Shown piece by piece: positions 52,604-64,000 of a stretch of DNA of 64,000 bases. Source of the DNA: Actinomycetota bacterium (GTDB lineage Bacteria > Actinomycetota > Actinomycetes > Nanopelagicales > Nanopelagicaceae); assembly GCA_046048255.1 (NCBI GenBank), contig JBJOGL010000001.1:68850-132849 (forward strand), written 5' to 3'. The position numbers were made by a program, and so were the translations under genes. A model generated the notes under the pieces. The model had not been told where the DNA came from. It ran no database searches and saw only the letters and a program-made list of their open reading frames with translations. Every line of letters starts with the position of its first letter. Positions within the stretch are counted from its first letter, which is position 1.

Positions 52604-53803
52604 CTAGGCTAACGCCTTTAGCCCAGGTAGTTCCTTACCCTCTAGGTACTCTAAGGAAGCGCCTCCCCCGGTAGAGATATATCCGAATTCGCTATCTTCA
52701 AATCCCAGGGCACGCACAGCAGCCGCTGAATCGCCGCCGCCAACTACGGAGAGACCCTCAACTTTTGTCAGAGATTCTGCAACAACGCGAGTTCCTGCTG
52801 CAAAATTACTAAACTCAAAAACGCCCATCGGGCCATTCCAAAAAACTGTCTTGCAATTTCTAATGGCGTTAGCAAATGATTCTGCGCTATCTGGGCCAAT
52901 ATCTAACCCCATCTGATCGCCTGGTATCTCTGATATCGCAACTACCTGAGGATTTTCATTGGCGAACTTTGGAGCCACAACTACATCGGTTGGTAATAGC
53001 AATTTGACCCCACGCTCCTTGGCGCGTTTGATAATAGCTTTCACAGTGTCGAGTGAATCTGCTTCGAATAGTGATGTTCCTATTTGATGGCCTTGCGCAG
53101 CAAGAAATGTGAAGACCATTCCCCCACCGATTGCGAGCACGTCAACTTTTTCAATGAGATTAGTTATCACACCTACTTTGTCGGAAACTTTTGCCCCACC
53201 AAGGATTACACCATAGGGGCGAGCTGGATTCTCGGTTAACCTCCGTAGTACATCTACTTCAGCGCCAATCAACTGTCCAGCGGCATGGGGTAACAAAACT
53301 GCTAGTTCAAAAACTGAAGCATGCTTTCTATGCACAGCCCCAAATCCATCGCCGACATAGAGATCGGCATAATCGGCCAACTTTTTGGCAAGGGCCATCC
53401 GCTCTTCATCAACCTTGGAAGTCTCAGCAGCCTCATATCTAATGTTCTCTAAAAGAACTATTCCACCTGGCTTCAGATCGGCGATTGCACGTTGGGCCGA
53501 TTCACCAATCACATCTTCGGCGAAGACTACTTCTCGCCCCAGTAGCTCCTTCAAACGCAGCGCGACAGGCGCGAGAGATAACTCAGGTTTCCGCTCACCT
53601 TTGGGTCTACCGAGATGAGCACAAATAACTAATGATGCGCCAGCGTTAAGTAGATGATTGATTGTGGGGAGAGATGCTCTTATTCGTCCATCATCGGCTA
53701 TGACTCGAACGCCAGATTCATTATCTTGCAACGGCACATTTAGATCGCACCGCAGAAATACTCTTTTGCCTGCATACGAAAGTGAGTCAAGTGTTTTAAC
53801 CAT
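52604..53803 (-). CDS. pgk: Phosphoglycerate kinase
   Basis: Start trimmed to the ATG at 53803 (MVKTLDSL..KRVFLRCDLNVP). FWNGPMGVFE, STGGGASLE. Confidence 0.95.
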   Translation of the reverse strand: MVKTLDSLSYAGKRVFLRCDLNVPLQDNESGVRVIADDGRIRASLPTINHLLNAGASLVICAHLGRPKGERKPELSLAPVALRLKELLGREVVFAEDVIGESAQRAIADLKPGGIVLLENIRYEAAETSKVDEERMALAKKLADYADLYVGDGFGAVHRKHASVFELAVLLPHAAGQLIGAEVDVLRRLTENPARPYGVILGGAKVSDKVGVITNLIEKVDVLAIGGGMVFTFLAAQGHQIGTSLFEADSLDTVKAIIKRAKERGVKLLLPTDVVVAPKFANENPQVVAISEIPGDQMGLDIGPDSAESFANAIRNCKTVFWNGPMGVFEFSNFAAGTRVVAESLTKVEGLSVVGGGDSAAAVRALGFEDSEFGYISTGGGASLEYLEGKELPGLKALA

Positions 53804-53826
53804 TGAATCGCTCTTGGTCGAGGCTG

Positions 53827-54849
<1,023 letters not shown>

Positions 54850-54920
54850 TTAAAGATTATGCGCCACGACCTTGTGGACCCGGGGAAAGTCTATCAGTGA
54901 GATTGCGAATAAATTAATAA

Positions 54921-55898
54921 TCAGTTGAGCAGGTCAGGCGAAAGTCCCGCTTCAGTATCTGGAATTCCCAATTCAGAAGCCCTTTTATCGGCCATGGCCA
55001 ATAACCTTCTAATCCGACCTGCGATTGCATCTTTAGTCATGGGTGGAGCGGCAAGTGAGCCGAGTTCTTCCAAGCTAGCTTGACCATGATTAATTCGAAG
55101 TTCGCCGGCTTCTCGTAAATGTTTTGGAATCTCATCTCCAAGAATTTCGAGTGCACGCTGTACTCGCGCAGAGGCTGCGACCGCGGCTCGGGCCGATCTC
55201 CGTAAATTTGCATCATCAAAATTTGCGAGACGATTTGCAGTTGCTCTAACTTCTCTGCGCATCCTCCGCTCTTCCCAAGCTAAGACGCTCTCGTGTGCAC
55301 CTAGTCGCGTTAAGAGAACACCGATGGCATCGCCATCACGGATAACAACTCGATCAACACCGCGAACTTCGCGCGCTTTTGCAGTTATGCCAAGTCGTCT
55401 CGCTGCACCAACAAGAGCCAGCGCGGCTTCAGGACCGGGACAAGTGATCTCTAGGGCAGAAGATCTTCCGGGTTCGGTCAACGAACCATGAGCAAGAAAG
55501 GCTCCACGCCAAGCAGCTTCGGCATCGCATACTCCGGCGGAGACTACTTGAGGTGGCAAACCTCTTACCGGACGTCCATTTGAATCGACGAGTCCGGTCT
55601 GGCGGGCAAGAGCATCTCCATCCCGCAAAACTCTAACCAGATAACGGCTTCCTTTGCGCAATCCACCTGCGCTAATTACAGCAAGGTCTGATTCATGTCC
55701 ATAAATGTCAGCGATATCTTTGCGAACTCTGCGCGCTACTTGTGCTGTATCTAGCTCAATCTCGACCATGATTTTGCCCGATGCAATGTGGAGACCTCCA
55801 GCAAAACGGAGAATCGAGGATACTTCGGCTTTTCGACAACAGGGCTTGGAGATAGAGAGACGGCTCAATTCGTCTTTGACTGATGAGGTCATCGCCAT
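54921..55898 (-). CDS. whiA: DNA-binding protein WhiA
   Basis: MTSSVKDEL..., LAGLIDADG-like core and a C-terminal HTH. rapZ-yvcK-whiA synteny. Confidence 0.92.
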   Translation of the reverse strand: MAMTSSVKDELSRLSISKPCCRKAEVSSILRFAGGLHIASGKIMVEIELDTAQVARRVRKDIADIYGHESDLAVISAGGLRKGSRYLVRVLRDGDALARQTGLVDSNGRPVRGLPPQVVSAGVCDAEAAWRGAFLAHGSLTEPGRSSALEITCPGPEAALALVGAARRLGITAKAREVRGVDRVVIRDGDAIGVLLTRLGAHESVLAWEERRMRREVRATANRLANFDDANLRRSARAAVAASARVQRALEILGDEIPKHLREAGELRINHGQASLEELGSLAAPPMTKDAIAGRIRRLLAMADKRASELGIPDTEAGLSPDLLN

Positions 55899-55903
55899 GA
55901 GCG

Positions 55904-56854
55904 TTATCTAATCACCTCTCGCGCAAAAATGTTGCGGAATGCGGAAACTAATTTTCTTGGATCGTGGTGATTACTGCCTGGAGCAGTTGCGAGATCAGCC
56001 ACAACGAGCTCGCCGCCCATATCTTTGACTATTCCGCTCAAGGCGCTTTGCTGTTCGGTACTTGCCACTATTGATTGATCCGCTAGAGCGAAATCTAATG
56101 TTAGAGAGGGCGCGAATTTCTGTAGCAGACGGAGATGTTCAGCGGCCGAGACACCAGCATATTCATCACCTGATGCGCTGGGGTTAGCATCGAGATTCAA
56201 TAGAAAGATCCGCTTAGCTTGACTCTGCAATATTGCTGCCAGTTGATCATTGAGAAGCAAGTGCGGTAACACACTTGAAAACCATGAACCAGGACCAAAG
56301 GTTAGCCAATCCGATTCTTTGATTGCCCCTATTCCCTCGGCAGTCGCTTTCGCGTCAGGCGGAATCAAAGTTAGTTTTTCTAAGGCGCCCTTGCCAACGG
56401 CAACTTCTTTCTGGCCCCGTATCACTTGAGTTCCTTGCCAACTCTTAAATATGCCCTCTATATCCAAAGGTTCAAGCGACATTGGTAGAACTCGACCAAC
56501 TACTTTAAGTAAGGCACCGACTCGCTCTAAACCTTGAATTGGATCACCATCTCTATCCCAGAGGGCTGCCAGAAGTAGATTTCCTAAAGCGTGACCGTTT
56601 AGCTCTCCATCTGAGGTGAACCGATACTGCATTAAATCAGCCCAGTTTCGACCCCATTCGTCATCTCCGCAGAGTGCGGCAAGGGCCATACGTAAATCCC
56701 CCGGAGGTAGCGCGTTAAATTCTGCGCGTAGTCGACCACTTGAACCACCGTTATCTGCAACGGTTACTATCGCTGTTAACTCGGGAGTTATTTGGCGCAG
56801 CGCTTTCAAAGTGGCAGCAAGTCCATGCCCGCCGCCAAATGAAACAATTTTCAA
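55904..56854 (-). CDS. yvcK: YvcK/CuvA-family (CofD-like, UPF0052) protein
   Basis: [14 protein letters not shown]...[15 protein letters not shown] start in a TTGA overlap with the rapZ stop. Confidence 0.88.
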   Translation of the reverse strand: MKIVSFGGGHGLAATLKALRQITPELTAIVTVADNGGSSGRLRAEFNALPPGDLRMALAALCGDDEWGRNWADLMQYRFTSDGELNGHALGNLLLAALWDRDGDPIQGLERVGALLKVVGRVLPMSLEPLDIEGIFKSWQGTQVIRGQKEVAVGKGALEKLTLIPPDAKATAEGIGAIKESDWLTFGPGSWFSSVLPHLLLNDQLAAILQSQAKRIFLLNLDANPSASGDEYAGVSAAEHLRLLQKFAPSLTLDFALADQSIVASTEQQSALSGIVKDMGGELVVADLATAPGSNHHDPRKLVSAFRNIFAREVIR

Positions 56855-57723
56855 CGCTCTCTCCCGAGGTCCCTATGAATAGCATGGGCAGATACTTCTG
56901 CATCATCTGATATCTCGACGCAATTTAATCTTCTTGCCAACTCTTCTGCTACTGCAACGCTTCGATGCTTACCACCTGTACATCCAATCGCAAGCGTCAA
57001 AAACTTCTTTCCCTCATGTAAGTATCCCTTCGCAATACTTTCAAAGAGCGATACGTATCGATCGAGAAACTCTGGTACAGAATTTGTGTTCAGGACGGCT
57101 TCGCTAACTTCTTTATCTAATCCAGTTTTCGGCCGAAGATCAGGTTGCCAGTGAGGATTTGGGATGAAGCGACAGTCCATGACAAGGTCGGCATCAGCCG
57201 GGATTCCGAATTTATATCCAAAGGAGAGGACATTTACCTTTAGAGCTGCTAGCGATCCACTTTGAAATAGCTCATTAATCTTCCGCTCGAGTTGGTGAAT
57301 ATTTAGCTGTGAGGTGTCAACAATCAAATCGGCGCCAGCGCGGAGCTCGCGGAGTTTTTCACGTTCGCGCTCTATACCATCGACTATTCGATCATTTCCT
57401 TGAAGCGGATGTGGTCGCCGCGAAGATTCAAACCGTGTTATTAAAACTTCATCCGACGCATCGACAAAGATGATTTTCCGAGAGACCCCCCGCTCCACCA
57501 ATTCCGCTAAAGAGCGATTTAGATCGTCGAAAAACTGTCTTCCTCTTACATCAATCACTACAGCTATCGAATCAGAGGTACGTTCAGTCATATCTAGCAC
57601 CGAAGCCAATAAAGATGGCGGAAGGTTGTCGATAACATACCAACCGGAATCTTCCATTGAGTGGGCCACGGTGGAGCGCCCTGCTCCACTCATGCCGGTA
57701 ACAACAACTAGTTCGCGCGCCAT
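56851..57723 (-). CDS. rapZ: RNase adapter protein RapZ (YvcJ)
   Basis: VVTGMSGAGRSTVAHSMED..., C-terminal CTGGKHRSVA. Confidence 0.92.
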   Translation of the reverse strand: MARELVVVTGMSGAGRSTVAHSMEDSGWYVIDNLPPSLLASVLDMTERTSDSIAVVIDVRGRQFFDDLNRSLAELVERGVSRKIIFVDASDEVLITRFESSRRPHPLQGNDRIVDGIEREREKLRELRAGADLIVDTSQLNIHQLERKINELFQSGSLAALKVNVLSFGYKFGIPADADLVMDCRFIPNPHWQPDLRPKTGLDKEVSEAVLNTNSVPEFLDRYVSLFESIAKGYLHEGKKFLTLAIGCTGGKHRSVAVAEELARRLNCVEISDDAEVSAHAIHRDLGRER

Positions 57724-57744
57724 GGCTTCATCTTGCTATCCATG

Positions 57745-59661
57745 TCAAGGACGTTCCAATATCTCACCAGTTTGAGCGTCGACTTCAATTGGGACCTCTA
57801 TTTCACGAAGCCTTTCAACAATAAGTGAGGCTGTTTTTTCACCAATGCCTGGTAGCGCGGCTATTTCAGTGAGGCTTGCTTTTCTTAGCGCCGCGATCGA
57901 TCCAAAGAATTCAAGCAGAGAGCTTCTTCGACTCTCACCTAGGCCAGATATCTCATCCAATAGAGATTCAAGCATCAGGCGCGACCTCTTTGAGCGGTGG
58001 AAAGTAACGGCGAAACGATGCGCTTCATCGCGAATCCGTTGTACCAAATAAAGGGCTTCACTATTCCGCGGCAGAATCACAGGATAAGCGCGATCCGGAA
58101 ACCAGATCTCTTCAAGTCGCTTTGCCAAACCTACGAGAGCAACATCGGTTATCCCGAGCTCGGAAAGTGCTCGAGCCGCGGCATTGACCTGTCCCCTGCC
58201 ACCATCGACTATCACTAGCTGGGGCGGATAAGCAAAGCGAGGTTTCTTACCGCCTTGAAGAGCGATTTCCTCGATATCCAATTCTTGCTCCTCCAGATAT
58301 CTTTTAAATCTTCTTGTGATTACATGATGCATGGCTCTTGTGTCATCAAATTTCTCTCTGTCATCAATTCCAAATCTTCGATAATCACTCTTTTTAGGTT
58401 GGCCATCCTCAAAAACCACCATAGATGCGACAACAGAAGTGCCTTGAATGTTTGAAATGTCAAAGCACTCTATCCGCAGCGGAAGCTCATCCAGTTCTAG
58501 AGCGCTAGCGAGTTCTTCTAAAGTCTTGCCTGATACTCCGGCATCGTTCGCTCTCTTACTAAGGAATTGAATCAGAGCTTGTTGAGCGTTTCGCTTTACA
58601 GTATTAAGAATTTCGTATTTCTCACCGCGTTGGGGCGAGTGGATAGAAGTCTTGCTTTTGGATCGAGCAGCGAGCACCTCTTCGAGCGAGGTCCATTCAG
58701 GCATTTGAATATTTACATAAATCTCTCTTGGCAATTCGAATTCACGGTAGATGACATCGAGGGTTGCCTCTACAAGCAAATCTTCTTCGGGCAGTTTGGC
58801 TCTATCCATAATCCACGAGCGTGACCCGACTATTCGGCCTTTCCGCACCCTAAACATCGAAGCTGCTGAGTGGGTGATGTCATCGTGAATTGCTATGAAG
58901 TCTCCAGTAATCGAATCCGAAATGGCTGCATCACTTGATTCAGTCGCCAGCTCTAGCGCCTTTAGTCGATCTCTGATTTTTGCGGCTCGCTCAAATTGCT
59001 CCGCTTGCGCAGCGCGCTCCATCTCCTCCTGTAGTAGGGACTCTAGATCGTATGATCCATTTTCCATGAAATCACTTAATTTTTCGATGAGTGTGCGATG
59101 CTCAGATGGCGAAATTTTCCCAACGCAAGGGGCTGCACATTTGCCAATGTCCCCCAGTAAGCATTGGCGCTTGCTTCTGACTGCTTGGTCAAAATTACTC
59201 TTGGAGCATGATCGAATTGGGTACAGCTCAAGGATTAGATCGAAGGTCGTTCGAAGCGCCCAAGCGTGTGCGAAAGGTCCAAAATACTTCAGCCCTTTCT
59301 GTTTCGCTCTCCGGGTTATAAAAATCCGGGGAAACTCTTCGTTGGTGGAAATTGCTAAAAAGGGATAGGACTTGTCATCCCGGAACTGCACATTGAATTC
59401 AGGATTCTCTTCTTTTATCCAGGTGAACTCAAGTTGAAGCGCCTCTACTTCTGAATTGACTACGGTCCAATCAACTCGATTCGCAGCATGAACCATCCGA
59501 TTGGTTTTCTCGGGGAGATTCTTTTGAAAATAGGAATTCAAGCGATTCTTAAGGGAACGCGCCTTGCCCACATAGATAACGCGATCATCAGCGTTAAAGA
59601 ATCTATAGACCCCAGGTTCATCCGGCACCCCAGATGGTCGATAACTTATTGGATCAGCCAT
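57745..59661 (-). CDS. uvrC: Excinuclease ABC subunit C
   Basis: Start trimmed to the ATG at 59661 ([21 protein letters not shown]...IYVGKA is the GIY-YIG domain). Also a UVR domain, an endonuclease V-like domain and a C-terminal (HhH)2. Confidence 0.93.
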   Translation of the reverse strand: MADPISYRPSGVPDEPGVYRFFNADDRVIYVGKARSLKNRLNSYFQKNLPEKTNRMVHAANRVDWTVVNSEVEALQLEFTWIKEENPEFNVQFRDDKSYPFLAISTNEEFPRIFITRRAKQKGLKYFGPFAHAWALRTTFDLILELYPIRSCSKSNFDQAVRSKRQCLLGDIGKCAAPCVGKISPSEHRTLIEKLSDFMENGSYDLESLLQEEMERAAQAEQFERAAKIRDRLKALELATESSDAAISDSITGDFIAIHDDITHSAASMFRVRKGRIVGSRSWIMDRAKLPEEDLLVEATLDVIYREFELPREIYVNIQMPEWTSLEEVLAARSKSKTSIHSPQRGEKYEILNTVKRNAQQALIQFLSKRANDAGVSGKTLEELASALELDELPLRIECFDISNIQGTSVVASMVVFEDGQPKKSDYRRFGIDDREKFDDTRAMHHVITRRFKRYLEEQELDIEEIALQGGKKPRFAYPPQLVIVDGGRGQVNAAARALSELGITDVALVGLAKRLEEIWFPDRAYPVILPRNSEALYLVQRIRDEAHRFAVTFHRSKRSRLMLESLLDEISGLGESRRSSLLEFFGSIAALRKASLTEIAALPGIGEKTASLIVERLREIEVPIEVDAQTGEILERP

Positions 59662-62497
59662 TTTTGAGAACTTCAGCCAAGAACTTACCGGTGTAACTAG
59701 ATTTGTTCTTTGATACCTCTTCCGGAGTTCCCGAAGCAACGACGGTTCCGCCCCCAGAACCCCCCTCGGGGCCGAGGTCAATTACCCAATCGGCACACTT
59801 AATAACATCGAGATTGTGCTCAATTACAACAACCGTATTTCCTGTATCCACTAAGCGCTGCAAGACTCCTAATAATTTACGTACATCTTCAAAGTGAAGA
59901 CCGGTAGTCGGCTCATCGAGTACATAGATAGTCCTTCCGGTAGAACGACGTTGAAGTTCAGTGGCCAACTTAACGCGCTGGGCCTCGCCACCGGAGAGCG
60001 TTGGGGCTGATTGCCCTAGCCGCACATATCCTAGACCGACATCACATAGAGTTTTTAGGTATCTATGAATAGCGGGGATGGATTCAAAGAATTCGCTCGC
60101 CTTTTCAATTGGCATATCAAGGATTTCAGCAATGGTCTTACCCTTGTAATGAACTTCAAGAGTCTCTCGGTTATAGCGGGCTCCATGACAGACTTCACAA
60201 GGAACATATACATCCGGTAAGAAATTCATTTCAATTGTGATCGTGCCATCGCCAGCACAGTTTTCGCATCTTCCACCTTTAACATTAAAGGAGAATCTGC
60301 CCTGTTGATAGCCGCGCACCTTAGCTTCACTTGTCTCCGCAAAGAGGGCGCGTATCTTGTCGAATACTCCCGTATAAGTCGCTGGATTGGATCGTGGCGT
60401 GCGCCCAATTGGTGATTGATCAACATGCACAACTTTGTCGAGGTGATCGATACCGGAAATGCTTCTGTGGCGACCTGGAACTATCCGGGCGCCATTGAGT
60501 TTGTTTGCCAAAACCGAATAAAGAATGTCATTTACCAAGGTCGACTTACCTGAACCACTTACTCCAGTCACGGCTAGAAAAAGGCCCAACGGAAAAGTAA
60601 CATCGATAGACCTTAAGTTATTTTCTTTCGCTTCCTTAATCACCAAAGCTCGCTTGTTATCAACTTTTCGCCGTGATTTGGGGACTGCGATTACGCTTCT
60701 GCCCGAGATGTAAGCGCCCGTGATTGATTTCTTTGACTCAATCAATGAGTTGAAGTCGCCCGATACAACAATCTCGCCACCGTGCTCACCGGCACCTGGG
60801 CCGATATCAACTATCCAGTCTGCCGTGCGAATTGTTTCTTCATCATGCTCCACAACTATGAGGGTGTTACCCAAGTCGCGTAGATGTGTAAGAGTTTCTA
60901 TCAATCGCCGGTTATCTCTTTGATGTAGGCCGATACTCGGCTCATCAAGTACATACAAGACGCCAACCAGTCCGGAACCAATCTGGGTTGCTAGCCGAAT
61001 TCGCTGGGCTTCGCCGCCCGAGAGCGAAGCAGCAGCTCGAGCTAACGTTAAGTATTCAAGTCCTACGTCGAGCAAGAAACCGAGGCGCGCATTAACTTCT
61101 TTCATGACTCGCTCGGCGATCTTCGCCTCGCGAGCACCTAACTTGATCTCCTTAAGAAAGCCTGCGCATTGATCAATTGAAAGTTCACAGATCTCAGCAA
61201 TATTTTTTCCACCCACTGTTACTGCTAGAACTTCAGGTTTTAATCGTGAACCTTCACATACGGAACAGGGAGTCTCGCGCATATAAGCTTCATATTTTTC
61301 ACGGCTGTAATCGCTTTCGGTCTCACCATGTCTACGTTCGATAAACGGAATAACACCTTCAAAGCCAGTCGAATAGCTGCGGACCCGTCCATATCGGTTT
61401 TTATATTTGACGTGTACTTCATATTCATAGCCATTTAAAATTGCGGCCTTGGCTTTTTCGGAGAGTTTTCGCCATGGCATATCCATCGAGAACTTAACGT
61501 CCTTGGCCAGGGCCTCCAGCAGATTGTTGAAATATTCTGAAGTTTGACCGCCCGACCACGGGGCTATTGCTCCCTCATTGATTGAAATTGAATCGTCCGG
61601 AATTACAAGTTCTTCATCAACGACTAATTTTGAACCAATTCCGGTGCACTCTGGGCAAGCGCCGAACGGTGAGTTGAAAGAGAATGAACGAGGTTCCATC
61701 TCTTGAAAAGATAGACCACAGTCATGGCAGGCCAAGAGTTCGCTGTAAGTTCGCTCGCGCTCCTCTTTTGCCTTGGCGTCGACAAATTCAAGCGTTACTA
61801 GACCATTTGCTAAGCGCAGCGCAGTTTCAATCGAGTCTGTGATTCGCTGTTTCGACTCTGATTTAGCAGTAAGGCGATCGATTACCACTTCTATGGTGTG
61901 CTTCTCTTGCTTCTTTAATTTCGGCGCCTCACTTAATTGGACTGTTGTCCCATCTACTCGAGCGCGCGAATATCCTTGGGCCAAAAGATCTTTAAACAAA
62001 TCTGCAAACTCACCTTTTCGCGAGCGGATCATCGGCGCAAGTACTTGAAAACGCGTTTCATTGGGCAAGCTAAGAATCTGATCAACGATATTTTGGGGCG
62101 TCTGCTTAGCGATCGGCTTTCGACACTTCGGACAGTGTGGCTTCCCAGCTCGAGCAAAAAGTAGCCTCAAGTAATCGTAAACTTCGGTAATAGTTCCAAC
62201 TGTTGAACGAGGATTGCGGTTAGTTGACTTTTGATCGATTGATACAGCTGGTGATAAGCCCTCAATGAAGTCAACATCTGGCTTATCCATCTGACCTAAG
62301 AATTGACGGGCGTAAGCGGAGAGAGATTCAACATATCGACGTTGGCCTTCCGCAAAAATCGTATCGAAAGCAAGTGAAGACTTCCCTGAGCCGGAAAGGC
62401 CGGTAAAGACGATTAGTGAATTTCGCGGCAAATCAAGTGAGACGTTCTTTAGGTTGTGCTCTCGAGCACCTCTAACGACCAATCGCTCGGCGCTCAT
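59654..62497 (-). CDS. uvrA: Excinuclease ABC subunit A
   Basis: 947 aa: [10 protein letters not shown], two ABC ATPase modules ([12 protein letters not shown]; [11 protein letters not shown]) and zinc fingers. Confidence 0.97.
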   Translation of the reverse strand: MSAERLVVRGAREHNLKNVSLDLPRNSLIVFTGLSGSGKSSLAFDTIFAEGQRRYVESLSAYARQFLGQMDKPDVDFIEGLSPAVSIDQKSTNRNPRSTVGTITEVYDYLRLLFARAGKPHCPKCRKPIAKQTPQNIVDQILSLPNETRFQVLAPMIRSRKGEFADLFKDLLAQGYSRARVDGTTVQLSEAPKLKKQEKHTIEVVIDRLTAKSESKQRITDSIETALRLANGLVTLEFVDAKAKEERERTYSELLACHDCGLSFQEMEPRSFSFNSPFGACPECTGIGSKLVVDEELVIPDDSISINEGAIAPWSGGQTSEYFNNLLEALAKDVKFSMDMPWRKLSEKAKAAILNGYEYEVHVKYKNRYGRVRSYSTGFEGVIPFIERRHGETESDYSREKYEAYMRETPCSVCEGSRLKPEVLAVTVGGKNIAEICELSIDQCAGFLKEIKLGAREAKIAERVMKEVNARLGFLLDVGLEYLTLARAAASLSGGEAQRIRLATQIGSGLVGVLYVLDEPSIGLHQRDNRRLIETLTHLRDLGNTLIVVEHDEETIRTADWIVDIGPGAGEHGGEIVVSGDFNSLIESKKSITGAYISGRSVIAVPKSRRKVDNKRALVIKEAKENNLRSIDVTFPLGLFLAVTGVSGSGKSTLVNDILYSVLANKLNGARIVPGRHRSISGIDHLDKVVHVDQSPIGRTPRSNPATYTGVFDKIRALFAETSEAKVRGYQQGRFSFNVKGGRCENCAGDGTITIEMNFLPDVYVPCEVCHGARYNRETLEVHYKGKTIAEILDMPIEKASEFFESIPAIHRYLKTLCDVGLGYVRLGQSAPTLSGGEAQRVKLATELQRRSTGRTIYVLDEPTTGLHFEDVRKLLGVLQRLVDTGNTVVVIEHNLDVIKCADWVIDLGPEGGSGGGTVVASGTPEEVSKNKSSYTGKFLAEVLKNG

Positions 62498-64000
62498 TTA
62501 ATCCCACCCTCATCCATACTTCGTAGTTCTCGCTTCAATTCCTTAATTTCATCCCTAAGTCGTGCTGCCAATTCGAACTGAAGTTCGGCCGCCGCATTTC
62601 GCATCTGCTCAGTTAGCGACTCTATAAGTCCGAGCAACTCGGCTCTAGGTAAGGCTACGAGTGACTTGGCATGAACGCCAACTGGAGTCTCACTGACTCC
62701 CCGTCGCTTACCTCCCGCAATCAACTTCTGGGTATCGTCGCTCTCGCTTTCAATCAAATCAGTTATATCAGCTATCTTCTTACGCAACGGTTGCGGATCG
62801 ATACCCATCGCTTCGTTGTAGGCAATTTGTTTGGCTCTCCTGCGATTAGTTTCATCAATTGCATTCTTCATTGAGTCAGTAAGGTTATCTGCGTACATAT
62901 GAACTTCTCCCGATACATTTCGAGCAGCTCTGCCGATGGTCTGAATCAAGGATCGCGTGGATCTCAAAAATCCCTCTTTATCAGCGTCAAGAATCGAAAC
63001 CAGCGATACTTCAGGAAGATCAAGTCCTTCACGTAAAAGATTGATTCCAACTAGGACATCGTATTCACCAAGTCTTAATTCGCGTAACAACTCTACCCGT
63101 CGCAAGGTGTCAACCTCTGAATGAAGATAACGAACTCTGATTCCTGCATTTGAGAAATAGTCAGTTAGATCTTCTGCCATCTTCTTCGTCAGGGTTGTGA
63201 CTAGAACTCGCTCATTTCGCTCAGCGCGCTTGTTAATCTCATCGCGGAGATCATCAATCTGATTCTTTGTAGGCTTCACAATGACTTTTGGATCAATCAG
63301 CCCGGTTGGTCGAATGACTTGTTCCACATAGACGCCACCCGATTTATCAATTTCATAAGGTCCTGGCGTTGCCGAGAGATAAACCTTCTGGGGCGTTCGC
63401 TCAAGAAACTCATTGAAGGTAAGCGGTCGGTTATCCATTGCGCTAGGTAACCTGAAACCGTGCTCTACCAGTGTTCGCTTTCGTGAAGCATCACCTTCAA
63501 ACATGGCCCCAATCTGTGGAACGGTTATGTGGGACTCGTCGATAACGCATAAAAAATCCTCCGGAAAATAGTCAAGTAGACAGTTTGGTGCCGAGCCTGG
63601 GGCACGTCCATCAATATGTCTAGAGTAGTTTTCGATTCCAGAGCAAAAGCCAAGTTGCTGAATCATCTCCAAATCAAATTGGGTGCGCATCCGTAGGCGC
63701 TGCGCTTCAAGAAGCTTGTTTTGACGCTCCAATTCCTGAAGGCGAATACTCAATTCTGCTTCGATATCAGCCATCGCCCGCTTCATCGTGGTCGGGCTGG
63801 CCGAGTAATGGGTTGCCGGAAAGATGAATACCTCTTTGACATCACTGACAATCTCACCAGTCAACGGATTCAAAGTAGTCAATCTCTCAATCTCATCTCC
63901 AAACATCTCAATTCGGATAGCAAGCTCTTCGTAAACGGGAATGATTTCAAGGGTGTCGCCGCGTACCCTAAAAGTTCCGCGTTCGAAAGCTATGTCATTA
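62494..64000 (-). CDS. uvrB: Excinuclease ABC subunit B (C-terminal about 500 aa; N-terminus lies beyond the window end)
   Basis: The frame stays open to 64000 (...[29 protein letters not shown]...). Helicase motifs V and VI ([17 protein letters not shown]; QTIGRAARN) and a C-terminal UVR domain. Confidence 0.95.
   Translation of the reverse strand, partial: NDIAFERGTFRVRGDTLEIIPVYEELAIRIEMFGDEIERLTTLNPLTGEIVSDVKEVFIFPATHYSASPTTMKRAMADIEAELSIRLQELERQNKLLEAQRLRMRTQFDLEMIQQLGFCSGIENYSRHIDGRAPGSAPNCLLDYFPEDFLCVIDESHITVPQIGAMFEGDASRKRTLVEHGFRLPSAMDNRPLTFNEFLERTPQKVYLSATPGPYEIDKSGGVYVEQVIRPTGLIDPKVIVKPTKNQIDDLRDEINKRAERNERVLVTTLTKKMAEDLTDYFSNAGIRVRYLHSEVDTLRRVELLRELRLGEYDVLVGINLLREGLDLPEVSLVSILDADKEGFLRSTRSLIQTIGRAARNVSGEVHMYADNLTDSMKNAIDETNRRRAKQIAYNEAMGIDPQPLRKKIADITDLIESESDDTQKLIAGGKRRGVSETPVGVHAKSLVALPRAELLGLIESLTEQMRNAAAELQFELAARLRDEIKELKRELRSMDEGGIK

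Overview
This window looks like core genome from a streamlined, fairly AT-rich member of the Actinomycetota. The phylum call is my inference from marker genes and synteny, with no search run. The markers are WhiA, RbpA, the GarA/OdhI-FtsR-like pair, a SufR-led suf operon and an actinobacterial-type arg cluster. Gene order matches, from memory, the Mycobacterium/Corynebacterium regions Rv1420-1466, Rv1641-1713 and Rv1826-1829.

I can support about 63 protein genes, of which about 54 are on the minus strand. There is also one complete 16S-23S-5S rRNA operon on the minus strand and one tRNA-Pro(GGG).

Reading along the minus strand from 64000 down to 1, the order is:
- uvrB-uvrA-uvrC-rapZ-yvcK-whiA
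- gap-pgk-tpiA-secG-rbpA
- a plus-strand block: ctaA-tkt-tal-pgi
- sufR-sufB-sufD-Rieske-sufC-sufS-sufU-sufT, then an ABC exporter
- a plus-strand pair: DUF3099-SURF1
- infC-rpmI-rplT-trmH-pheS-pheT
- argC-argJ-argB-argD-argR-argH-tyrS
- the rRNA operon
- four small or odd genes
- tlyA-nadK-recN-pyrG-xerD
- a plus-strand pair: parA-like plus a 139-aa ORF
- scpA-scpB-rluB-aroH-tyrA-cmk/der, tRNA-Pro, pgsA-gcvH-garA-ftsR and a partial nuclease gene

Packing is extreme, with many 1-11 nt gene overlaps and convergent genes that share stop codons. I see no mobile elements, CRISPR arrays, prophage, toxin-antitoxin or defence-like content.

I do not find a convincing novel multi-gene system. The region is ordinary housekeeping DNA. 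The items worth a second look, all of modest interest, are:
- a locally inverted ParA-like gene with a coupled RHH-like small ORF
- a run of small genes that look nucleic-acid-binding, next to a protein carrying a 7 x 15-bp in-frame repeat
- three TTGTCGACAA palindromes in the largest AT-rich intergenic gap
- a possibly structured 140-nt element between infC and the DUF3099 gene
- a cmk-der fusion
- a contiguous, overlapping uvrBAC unit
- an arg cluster lacking argF and argG, with a clear tandem ARG-box operator over a probably leaderless argC promoter
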